Below are positions 45,114-53,610 of a stretch of DNA of 64,000 nucleotides, in pieces (the stretch's first letter is position 1; each line of letters begins with the position of its first letter). The notes under the pieces are model-generated. The model worked only from the letters and a program-made list of their open reading frames with translations, was not told the origin of the DNA and did no database searches. The translations under genes were made by a program, and so were the position numbers. Origin of the DNA: Candidatus Parcubacteria bacterium (GTDB lineage: Bacteria; Patescibacteriota; Patescibacteriia; Patescibacteriales; UBA12075). Location of the stretch: assembly GCA_963814275.1 (NCBI GenBank), contig CAWFCE010000002.1, positions 362,537 through 426,536 on the forward strand, written 5' to 3'.

Positions 45114-45329
45114 ATGGATACAAAAAAATATCGCTTGAAAGATATTGAAGATAAGATTGATCGGGACAAAACCACTCTGATCCGCTGGGAAAAAGAAGGC
45201 CTGATACCGAGGGCAAAGCGCGATTCACGGGGATGGCGATATTACAGCAACGACCAGGTGCAGTCGATCGTTAATCGGGTTTTGTCTACGGACTATTTCC
45301 GCAGCGCTTCGAGGGAATCAAGCATTTAA
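45114..45329 (+). CDS. MerR-family HTH protein (DNA-binding domain only, 71 aa)
   Basis: The pattern [44 protein letters not shown] is a MerR N-terminal domain. Confidence 0.7.
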   Translation: MDTKKYRLKDIEDKIDRDKTTLIRWEKEGLIPRAKRDSRGWRYYSNDQVQSIVNRVLSTDYFRSASRESSI

Positions 45330-45355
45330 ATATTTTAATCGATATTCAAATCACT

Positions 45356-46453
45356 ATGAAAAAAACAAAACAAAAACGCATATTGGTCGGTTTAGTGGCT
45401 ATTGCCATGTTGGCCAGCTATTTCTTCCTGCCCCCGGTACGGGAAGTGGGAGCTATAGACGCGATTTATGACGCGCAGGATCTTTTAACCGATTCCGACT
45501 TGGGCGTGGTTGCCACCAGTACGATCACGTTTACGACTGCCAGCAGTACGGAAGTCGGGGATTACTGGCGCGTAGTATTTCCTGCTCAATTCAGCTTCGC
45601 CAGTGCGAATTTTTCCTGCGCTTACGGCGATACCGACTTTGATGCATCTTCGACTGACCAAACGCTTGATTGTACACGTAGCGGGGGCGGTATCCTGGCG
45701 GCTGCTTCTACCACCCAGATCGTGATCGGCAAGCACATTAATCCGATTGCGGAGAACGAATATAAGATATATCTCTACCACTTCAATTCCAGCGACGTGC
45801 TTAAGGAGCAGGTGGAGCTTATGGTCGCGATCGTAAACGACGTTCTGATGACTGCCCATGTCGGCGCCACCCTCACCTTTACCGTAGCCGGCGTGAACGC
45901 GAACGCTACTACGACCGGCAGCGGCGAGCACTGCGACGCTACGACTACCGCCACCACGCTCGATTTCGGTACTTTGAACGCAGGCGCATCAACCACGCTC
46001 TGCCACCAGCTGGACGTGTCGACCAATGCTTCCAACGGTTATGTCGTAACAGTGGAACAGGACGGCGAAATGCGCAATTCCGCCGCTGATAACATCAACA
46101 GCTTCATCGATTCCCCGACCGGAACCGGTTCTTCTACCGATGCATATGTCTGGCAAACTCCCGTCGGCACCTTGGACAATGATGATACCTATGGGCATAT
46201 GGGGCTGCATTCTGACGATGAGGATCTTGACACCCTAAGCGGCGGACTGGATTTCTGGGATGGCGCCACCATCAAATATGCCGGTCTGACGGGAACCGAT
46301 CCGATGCTGGTATTGGCGCACGACGGCCCGACCCCGCTGAATAACCAGAATACCGGTCAGGCTTATGTCGCCTATACCGCGGAAATCACCGCCCTGCAAC
46401 AGGCCGGCGACTACAAAAGCATACTGACCTATATCTGCACTCCTACCTACTAG
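45356..46453 (+). CDS. secreted beta-rich surface subunit A with C-terminal PTY domain (WxL-like)
   Basis: A signal peptide is present. It is paralogous to 46919-48010. Motifs: LDFGTL, DVSTNASNGYVVTV, YGHMGL, ITALQQAGDYKSILTYICTPTY-stop. Confidence 0.85.
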   Translation: MKKTKQKRILVGLVAIAMLASYFFLPPVREVGAIDAIYDAQDLLTDSDLGVVATSTITFTTASSTEVGDYWRVVFPAQFSFASANFSCAYGDTDFDASSTDQTLDCTRSGGGILAAASTTQIVIGKHINPIAENEYKIYLYHFNSSDVLKEQVELMVAIVNDVLMTAHVGATLTFTVAGVNANATTTGSGEHCDATTTATTLDFGTLNAGASTTLCHQLDVSTNASNGYVVTVEQDGEMRNSAADNINSFIDSPTGTGSSTDAYVWQTPVGTLDNDDTYGHMGLHSDDEDLDTLSGGLDFWDGATIKYAGLTGTDPMLVLAHDGPTPLNNQNTGQAYVAYTAEITALQQAGDYKSILTYICTPTY

Positions 46454-46475
46454 TTTGCAAAATTGTTCAGAAATA

Positions 46476-46510
46476 AATAAGCTCCCCCGGAAATACCGGG
46501 GGAGCTTATT
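46476..46510 (+). terminator. intrinsic terminator
   Basis: The stem AATAAGCTCCCCCGG-AAATA-CCGGGGGAGCTTATT is 15 bp. Confidence 0.75.
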
Positions 46511-46703
46511 GTGTTTATCCACAATAATTATTTAATGTTGATAAATAGACTAATTCAGCTCAAGTATTAAGAAAATATAAAGAAAAGATAAAATTTTGGA
46601 TCTCTGATTATATATTTTTTTATTCTTATATTACATAAATTAATTGTTTACAATATATATTATTTGATATCATATTAAATAATTATGAAAAAAAGTGAAA
46701 ATG

Positions 46704-46778
46704 TGTTATAATTTATATAACCACAAGATTTCCCCAGAGCTATGCGCAAGCGCTGGGGATAAAAAGGTCGAAATCTTG
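46704..46778 (+). promoter_or_regulatory. extended -10 promoter plus leader hairpin
   Basis: TGtTATAAT lies at 46704-46712. The leader helix pairs CAAGATTTC (46724-46732) with GAAATCTTG (46770-46778), and has an inner stem CCCCAGAGC/GCGCTGGGG. Confidence 0.4.
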
Positions 46779-46918
46779 CATCTATAAAAATAAGCTTGTT
46801 TTTATTTTAACTTGGTTACTACAAAAAAACTCACAAGTAAATAATTAGTAAAAAAACTTAGTTAGGATTGCGAGTTGATCACAATCTTTAAAGCAAAACT
46901 AATTGAGTTTTTATCCCC

Positions 46919-48010
46919 ATGCTAAAAACAAAACGATTAACCATTGTCTTGGTTTCGGTTATTATCTTTTCAATGGTGGCGATTTACGGCTTTGGCCCGG
47001 CTGCCTATGCCGTAACTTCTTTGGAAAGCGCCAGTGTATTATTGGGCGATTCCAACCTGGAGGCAACTGCCACTTCGACGGTTTCAGTCAATTTCGGCGA
47101 TACCCATCCATTGACGGAGGGTCAAATTATCCGGGTAAGCTATGAAGACGCCCTGTGGCTTAATTTTGCCAATGTTTATGCGGATTGCGGTGATGACATG
47201 ACCGCTTCCACCACCAACACCGCCGAAACATATCAGGTCGTAGAGTGTGTTGTCGATCCCGGCAAATATCTCGCGGCTACCGGCACGACGCTACATACAT
47301 TCGATATTGGGCAAATAACGAATCCCAATGCGGAAAGTGCTACCGGTTATAACATCACGATATCGACCCATGACACTAACGGTTCGGAAATCGAGTCGTC
47401 GCAGGTCAAGGTCTACATATTGAATGATGTCGAAGTCAGCGCCCACGTTAATGCCAGCCTGACCTTTTCCGTGTCCGAGCTTGGCCCGCATAGCGTGCGG
47501 AACACGATCAACGGTGTGCCCCTGACCGGCACTTCAACTGATCAGTCACTAGGTTTCGGCACGATCGATTCTACCGGCTCAACCACATTGGGCCATGAGC
47601 TGGCGGTTTCGACTAACGCTTCTAACGGCTATGTCGTGACCGTGCAACAGGACCATGAGATGCGGACCGCGGCGGGTGATACCATCAACAGTTTCGACAA
47701 CGCGCCGGATGGCCAGGCTACGACAACAGCGGATACCTGGAAAGGGCCGTCTACTGTGTTGGGTAATGATGCCACTTATGGCCATATGGGCCTGACCACC
47801 GAAGACGACATTGCGGCATTCAGCGGAAGTAAATATGTAGGTCTTAATGGCGCCAATCCGGTCACTATTATGAGCCATGACGGACCGGCAATAGAAACTG
47901 CGGAAGATGTCGGTTTAAGCGCAGTCGCTTATACCGTAGAAATTTCTGCCTTGCAGGAAGCCGGTGATTATACCAGCAATATCACCTACGTTTGCACCCC
48001 GACTTACTAG
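46919..48010 (+). CDS. secreted beta-rich surface subunit B with C-terminal PTY domain (WxL-like)
   Basis: A signal peptide is present. Motifs: LGFGTI, AVSTNASNGYVVTV, YGHMGL, ISALQEAGDYTSNITYVCTPTY-stop. The start context is ATCCCCATG. Confidence 0.85.
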   Translation: MLKTKRLTIVLVSVIIFSMVAIYGFGPAAYAVTSLESASVLLGDSNLEATATSTVSVNFGDTHPLTEGQIIRVSYEDALWLNFANVYADCGDDMTASTTNTAETYQVVECVVDPGKYLAATGTTLHTFDIGQITNPNAESATGYNITISTHDTNGSEIESSQVKVYILNDVEVSAHVNASLTFSVSELGPHSVRNTINGVPLTGTSTDQSLGFGTIDSTGSTTLGHELAVSTNASNGYVVTVQQDHEMRTAAGDTINSFDNAPDGQATTTADTWKGPSTVLGNDATYGHMGLTTEDDIAAFSGSKYVGLNGANPVTIMSHDGPAIETAEDVGLSAVAYTVEISALQEAGDYTSNITYVCTPTY

Positions 48011-48034
48011 TTTATCGAGAAGAATAAATAGCCA

Positions 48035-48066
48035 AAAATCTCCCCCGTAATAACGGGGGAGATTTT
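48035..48066 (+). terminator. intrinsic terminator
   Basis: The hairpin AAAATCTCCCCCG-TAATAA-CGGGGGAGATTTT has the same CTCCCCCG core as the terminator at 46476. Confidence 0.75.
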
Positions 48067-48385
48067 GTTTATATTTATATTTAGTTATAGGCATAAGTAA
48101 TAAAATTTTTTCAAATCATTTTATATATCAAAGAAGATATGGCGTGTCTTATTGCTAGAATATTTTTTTAACCCAGAAATCATAAGCCGTCATATTGATA
48201 ATGTAATAAATGATTTAATCGTATAAATATTTGCCCTGACAGGACTAAAAATGGTAAAATATATATAGATTTTAGCGGTGAATAGGTTTATCCTTTAAAA
48301 GATAAATTTTTTTAATGTTAGTGAAGAAAGTATGCATTCAGAACTGTTTTATTTGAACGCAGGTAATTTTAAATATTTTCATATT

Positions 48386-48430
48386 TGCCGCTGATATGGC
48401 GCGGACCAAAACGCGAATATTACGCGGATT
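48386..48430 (+). promoter_or_regulatory. 11-nt-phased ACGCGGATT-type word array
   Basis: The array reads TGCCGCTGATA|TGGCGCGGACC|AAAACGCGAAT|ATTACGCGGATT and ends 40 nt before ATG 48471. Confidence 0.5.
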
Positions 48431-48470
48431 ATCATTAGTCATAAATTAAGCGTTATACGCAAGCATCCCC

Positions 48471-49601
48471 ATGATTAAAATGAGAAAAAAACAAGGCATT
48501 ATTTTTGTTTTAACAGCAGGCGTTGCCGCCTTTTCGCTGTTTTTGATTGTTTCAACGGTGAACGCCCAACAAGGGGTTGGGATCAAGATTAGTCCGATTC
48601 GTTTTGAAGACATTGTCGATCCCGGACAGACCGTGTATGAACAGCTGACCGTGACCAACGAATCTAATACCGCCAAAACGATGTATCCCTATCTGCGGGA
48701 CTTCCAGGCGGAAGGCGAAGAGGGCGAACCGCGCTTGATCCCACCGGGACAGAGTAATGAATATGGATTGGCGGCCTGGATCGACATCTCCGGCGACGGG
48801 ATAAGCTTCGAACCCGGCGAATCGAGAACGATCAATTATACGATAAGGATACCGGCCGACGCCAGCCCGGGCGGATATTACGGAGCGGTCCTGTTCGGTA
48901 CCGAACCGCCGCGTCTGCAGCCGGATAATGCCGAACACGGCGCCGGTATGGCCGTGGCTCAGCAGGCCGGCTCGCTGGTTTTGCTCAGGGTCAAAGGCGA
49001 GGTGCAGGAAGAGGCGCGTATCCGCGAGTTTACCACCGGCAAACGCACCTATAACACTCCATTCGATATCGAATTCCTGACCCGGATCGAAAATCTGGGA
49101 AACGTCCATGTCAAGCCGAACGGTTTCATCACTATCCGCAATATGCTCGGCCGTGAGGTGGACAAGATAGCGCTTAATGATGGCGGAGCCAATATCCTGC
49201 CCAAATCGATCCGGCGCTTTACCCAGACCTGGTCAGGGAAGATGGGCTTCGGCCGCTATACCGCGAATTTGGCGATTTCTTACGGCGCCGCCACTTCCTT
49301 GGGCGGGCAGGGCAAGCAGTCGATCTTCGGAGAAACCACCTTCTGGATCATGCCCTGGAAGATCATAATCCCGGTTTTGACCACGGTAATCGTACTGCTC
49401 GCGTTGTTTGTCCTCCTGATCCGGCTTTACCGCAACAAAGCGGTGCGCCGGGCGATGGAACAGGCCGGATTGTCGCATGTCCGCTTTGTCCGCAAATACC
49501 AGGGTCCATCCCCGGTAATGCATATGAGCATTATTCTGCTCATTATCCTGATCGTGATCTTTATGATAATTGCCGGAATATACTTCCTCTTCTTCGCTTA
49601 A
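48471..49601 (+). CDS. membrane-anchored two-domain surface protein 1 (DUF916/DUF3324-like architecture)
   Basis: It has a signal peptide and the motifs ASPGGYYGAVLFG, ENLGNVHVKPNGFITI, GRYTANLAISYG and FWIMPW, followed by one C-terminal TM helix and a basic tail (LIRLYRNK). Confidence 0.8.
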   Translation: MIKMRKKQGIIFVLTAGVAAFSLFLIVSTVNAQQGVGIKISPIRFEDIVDPGQTVYEQLTVTNESNTAKTMYPYLRDFQAEGEEGEPRLIPPGQSNEYGLAAWIDISGDGISFEPGESRTINYTIRIPADASPGGYYGAVLFGTEPPRLQPDNAEHGAGMAVAQQAGSLVLLRVKGEVQEEARIREFTTGKRTYNTPFDIEFLTRIENLGNVHVKPNGFITIRNMLGREVDKIALNDGGANILPKSIRRFTQTWSGKMGFGRYTANLAISYGAATSLGGQGKQSIFGETTFWIMPWKIIIPVLTTVIVLLALFVLLIRLYRNKAVRRAMEQAGLSHVRFVRKYQGPSPVMHMSIILLIILIVIFMIIAGIYFLFFA

Positions 49602-49668
49602 TGGAAGAATTGGAAATATTTGCTTTCTAGAATTTCAATAAATTAAGTAAGAATAAATACCATCATAT

Positions 49669-49713
49669 TTCCGCGGATTTAACGCGGATTGCTACGCAGA
49701 TTTTACGCGGATA
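49669..49713 (+). promoter_or_regulatory. 11-nt-phased ACGCGGATT word array (4 units)
   Basis: The array reads TTCCGCGGATT|TAACGCGGATT|GCTACGCAGATT|TTACGCGGATA. Confidence 0.55.
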
Positions 49714-49780
49714 ATTATTTGTTGATGACTAAGAATTTATATTTCTTAAAAAATATCCGGATTAAGACAAATGATGAATG

Positions 49781-49822
49781 CTACGGGCTACGGGCTATGG
49801 GCTACGGGTTATGGGTTATGGG
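49781..49822 (+). repeat. heptamer run (CTACGGG-type x 6)
   Basis: The run reads CTACGGG CTACGGG CTATGGG CTACGGG TTATGGG TTATGGG and overlaps the possible starts of the next CDS. Confidence 0.85.
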
Positions 49823-50777
49823 TTGCGTTTTATGTGCTGTATATTGTATGATCTTCGTTGGCCTGACAAATGCCAGTGCGGCCGATTTGACCGTGACGCC
49901 GGCGATAATCGATGAAACCGCTTATGCCCGCGATATCCTGAAGTATGAAGTGACGCTGACTAACGGGAGCAACCGCAAGCTCGATATTTACGCGGCGGTT
50001 AACGACCTGTCACCGACCGAAGGCCGCCAGGAGTTCATTTCGCCGTCGCAGCTCGACAAGGAAACATCACTGGCCCGCTGGGTCAGGGTGCAGCGCGGAG
50101 TGATCGAACTGCAGGCCGGTGCCAGCACGACAATTCCCCTGAACGTCGAGGTTGACATGAAGGCGGCGCCGGGCAAGCGGCATGCCGCAGTATCTTTCGT
50201 TCCGGCCTCTAACGGTTACGACGCCCAGGCTGCAGCTCTCAAGGGAGGGGGAAGCCAGGTCCTTTTGAATATAGACATTAATGAGAATATTATCGACAAG
50301 GCGCAGATCACCGAGTGGCGGAGCGGCCGTAACGTATATCTCAGTCTGCCGGTCAGCCTTAATTTTACCATTTCCAATTTCGGCAACCAAACGATCACGC
50401 CAACGGGTAAAATATATATTTATAACCGGCAGAACCAGGAAGTCGCCCAGCTCAATGTCGATACCGCCGGCCAGCCGATCGAACCGGCACAGGAGGGCGA
50501 ATATGCATATGAATGGGTGCCGGAGAAAGCATTGGGCAAATACAAAGCGCGGATCGAGCTTACCTATGGCAACGGCGGTGAGCGCGACCTTATGGATACG
50601 ACCTATTTCTGGGTCATGCCCCTGAAGCTTTTAATCGGATTTTTGGGCGCAATAATTTTACTGGTGGTACTTTTGTCGATAATAATTTACAAGCGCAGTT
50701 TCCATTCCCAGCAAGCGGTTTTACCGGCCGCGAAGGTCGAACAATCAGGAGTGATCAATTTAAAAGCAGACAAATAA
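49797..50777 (+). CDS. membrane-anchored two-domain surface protein 2 (paralog)
   Basis: Motifs: AAPGKRHAAVSF, SNFGNQTITPTGKIYI, GKYKARIELTYG, FWVMP, plus a C-terminal TM helix. The track ORF starts at 49689 within repeat DNA. ATG 49797 or 49818 is more plausible given the signal segment CVLCAVYCMIFVGLTNASA. Confidence 0.75.
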   Translation: MGYGLWVMGCVLCAVYCMIFVGLTNASAADLTVTPAIIDETAYARDILKYEVTLTNGSNRKLDIYAAVNDLSPTEGRQEFISPSQLDKETSLARWVRVQRGVIELQAGASTTIPLNVEVDMKAAPGKRHAAVSFVPASNGYDAQAAALKGGGSQVLLNIDINENIIDKAQITEWRSGRNVYLSLPVSLNFTISNFGNQTITPTGKIYIYNRQNQEVAQLNVDTAGQPIEPAQEGEYAYEWVPEKALGKYKARIELTYGNGGERDLMDTTYFWVMPLKLLIGFLGAIILLVVLLSIIIYKRSFHSQQAVLPAAKVEQSGVINLKADK

Positions 50778-50867
50778 ATATGTATTAATATTCAACTCGA
50801 CTCGCTACAGACATACAACCCCCATATACTTAAGGCATAATACTCAATACTGAATACATAATTAATT

Positions 50868-52511
50868 ATGTTTAAAAAGATATTAATAACAATCGCCATA
50901 TTTTTGCTGACGCTGGCGCCGGTAATGGCAGCGCCGGCAGATAGTTTGACGATCACCATTACCCCACCGCTGATCAAGAACAGCATGGCTCCGGGGCAGG
51001 CCTGGCGGAGCGCGGTCAAAGTGGTGAACAATAACACTCAGGAATTGAAGATTTATATGCACGTGATGGATTTCCAGGGAGGGGCCGAAGACGGGACGGT
51101 CGAATTCATCGATCCCAACAGCGAAACCGGGACTTCAAGCGACCATTTGCTTAGCCGCTGGCTGGAGATCGAATCCGGACCGGTCACGATCCCGGCCGGG
51201 CAAAGCGCCGATGTCCCGTTTACGATTATCGTGCCCGATTCAGCCGAACCGGGCGGCCATTATGCCGCCATCCTGGCCGGTACCAATCCGCCTGACGACA
51301 AGGTCAGCGGTTCGGTGATCAGGGTATCATCATTGTTGGCCACTCTGCTGCTGGTCAGTGTCAAAGGAGACACGAAGGAAGACGGGGCGATCCGTGAATT
51401 TTCGAGTGATCGCGAATGGTATACCCAGCCGGACGCCAAATTCACCGTACGCTTCGAAAACAAGGGCAATGTCCATATCCAGCCGCAGGGCGTGATCACG
51501 ATCTACGATTGGCGCGGCCGGGAAAAAGGATCGATCACCATCAACCATTATACCGAGTTCGGCAACGTCCTGCCGGGCGGCATCAGACGCTGGGAATACG
51601 ACTGGCAGGGAGAGGCGGGCCTCTTGGATAACGGACGTTATCGTGCCGAATTGATCCTGACTTACGGTGAAGAGGGCCGGCAAACGGTCAGCCAGACGAT
51701 CTATTTCTGGGTGGTTGATATCGTGCCTCTGGCGGTCATTCTCGGATCGATCCTGTTTTTTATTCTCATGATTATCTTTATTATCCGTCTGTATGTCAGG
51801 CGGGCGATCAAGAATACGCGCGAGATGGCTGACTTAGTGATGTCCACTGCCGAAAAACCGAAAAAAATGATCACTGTATTGCCGGAGAGCGGCCATACAC
51901 TCGATCTAAAAGCCGTTGTCAGGGACAATACCGGCCGGCCGGGCAAGACCGTTTCTCCGCCCCGCGGCTGGCGCATATTGCGCGTGGCGCTTATTTTGGC
52001 GATGCTCGCCTTGATTGGCGCCGGCGGCGCTATCGCTTATTGGTATTACCAGGATACCAGAGTAAGCACCCCGCCACTCAATGGAGAAAATAACAAGATG
52101 AGCGCCCAGGAAACATACCAGGCGCAAACATCAGTTCCCGGGACGGATGATTCGCCCGAAACGGCTCCAGCCGCCGCCGCGGCCGCCACTACCACCGAGG
52201 CGGAGCTGGCCGGCAGCATGACCGAAACCGTTAAACCGGATATTCCTCTGGCGGTGTTGAATGGCAGCGGCCAGACCGGCGCCGCCAATCTGATTGCGGA
52301 CGAATTGGCGGCCAGCGGCTATACCGTAGGGCGGACCGGCAATGCCGACCGTTTTACCTACACCAATACCGTAATCCGCTATACCGAAGACAAAGCCGAG
52401 GCAATCAGCGCTCTTCAGGATATTTTTATCGGCACCGTAGAGCTGGAATCGGTGAAAAGCGGCAGTGATCCGATCACGGTGATCGTCGGCAGATTAACGG
52501 CAATCAAATGA
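50868..52511 (+). CDS. membrane-anchored two-domain surface protein 3 (paralog) with cytoplasmic-side extension and LytR_C-like domain
   Basis: Motifs: AEPGGHYAAILAG, ENKGNVHIQPQGVITI, GRYRAELILTYG, FWVVD, plus a TM helix. A second TM helix follows, then the LytR_C pattern LAVLNGSGQTGAANLIADELAASGYTVGRTGNADRFTYTNTVIRY. Confidence 0.8.
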   Translation: MFKKILITIAIFLLTLAPVMAAPADSLTITITPPLIKNSMAPGQAWRSAVKVVNNNTQELKIYMHVMDFQGGAEDGTVEFIDPNSETGTSSDHLLSRWLEIESGPVTIPAGQSADVPFTIIVPDSAEPGGHYAAILAGTNPPDDKVSGSVIRVSSLLATLLLVSVKGDTKEDGAIREFSSDREWYTQPDAKFTVRFENKGNVHIQPQGVITIYDWRGREKGSITINHYTEFGNVLPGGIRRWEYDWQGEAGLLDNGRYRAELILTYGEEGRQTVSQTIYFWVVDIVPLAVILGSILFFILMIIFIIRLYVRRAIKNTREMADLVMSTAEKPKKMITVLPESGHTLDLKAVVRDNTGRPGKTVSPPRGWRILRVALILAMLALIGAGGAIAYWYYQDTRVSTPPLNGENNKMSAQETYQAQTSVPGTDDSPETAPAAAAAATTTEAELAGSMTETVKPDIPLAVLNGSGQTGAANLIADELAASGYTVGRTGNADRFTYTNTVIRYTEDKAEAISALQDIFIGTVELESVKSGSDPITVIVGRLTAIK

Positions 52512-52694
52512 TTTCCCGGATTTTCTCGTTATCTGATAAATACTAACGCTCGGAAGCTGTTGGTTTCGATTCCAATTAAGTGACATAAAATTTGTTTAGA
52601 AGCCAGATATTTGTGCCAGAGATTAAAAATGTAAATTGAACGAGCTAATATCAGGTTTTTGAGGCCGCTATTAATGTAATATAATTCATCCTCC

Positions 52695-53546
52695 ATGACC
52701 TATACGGTAAACTTGCGCAAGAAGCGGCGCCGCGGCTGGCGGGAAGCGGTCGTGATAGTCATTGCGGTTGTCCTGACGACAGCCGGCATCAAAGCGAGCG
52801 ACCTGTTTTTCGGTTCGGATGAAACGGCAGTGATGTCAAACGGAAGCGACTGCCCGGACGGTATGATCCGGGTGCCCTTTGGTGGCGGCGATTTTTGCAT
52901 AGACCAATTCGAGGCTTCAGCCGCTGAAGATTGTCCCTATGACGATCCGGTATCGCAGAGCGCGACCAGGGATAATCTGGATACGGACGGTTGTCTGCCG
53001 GTGTCGATGGGGGGAAAGATCCCGTGGCGTTCGATCTCCCAAGACCAGGCCGTGTTGGCCTGCGCCAAAGCCGGCAAACGCCTGCCGACCAATGAAGAGT
53101 GGTATGCGGCCGCTTTGGGTACGCCGGACAAGGCCGGCAGCTGGGAAGAATATGATTGCCAGGTGGCCAACAACTGGACCGAGCAGCCCGGCCGGACGGG
53201 TAGCGGCGCGCGCTGCCAGTCATCGGCCGGCGCCTATGATATGATCGGCAATGTCTGGGAATGGGTAGCGGGCGCGGTCTATGACGGCAAATATGACGGC
53301 AAAACCCTGCCGGAGTCAGGATATATCCAGGGTACTGACGGCGCGAGTTTGCCTCTCGAAACCGATCCGAATACCCCGAATGATAATTATTTCCGGGATT
53401 ATTTCTGGATCAAGGATAGTGGCGCCCGCGCCATTGCGCGCGGCGGCTATTGGGGCAATGAATCGGAGGCCGGCCAGTATTCGCTTTACGTCGTTTCCCC
53501 GCCAGCGGACGTCGGCAAGGGGATCGGATTCAGATGCGTGAAGTAA
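52695..53546 (+). CDS. membrane-anchored FGE/SUMF1 (formylglycine-generating-enzyme-fold) domain protein
   Basis: An N-terminal TM helix is present. Motifs: CIDQFEAS, AKAGKRLPTNEEW, YDMIGNVWEWV, ARGGYWGN..GIGFRCVK. Confidence 0.8.
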   Translation: MTYTVNLRKKRRRGWREAVVIVIAVVLTTAGIKASDLFFGSDETAVMSNGSDCPDGMIRVPFGGGDFCIDQFEASAAEDCPYDDPVSQSATRDNLDTDGCLPVSMGGKIPWRSISQDQAVLACAKAGKRLPTNEEWYAAALGTPDKAGSWEEYDCQVANNWTEQPGRTGSGARCQSSAGAYDMIGNVWEWVAGAVYDGKYDGKTLPESGYIQGTDGASLPLETDPNTPNDNYFRDYFWIKDSGARAIARGGYWGNESEAGQYSLYVVSPPADVGKGIGFRCVK

Positions 53547-53610
53547 GACAGGAATAGATTACCGATTATAACAGACACAAATATTTTTAATTATCGATAC
53601 CAAGGATGTT

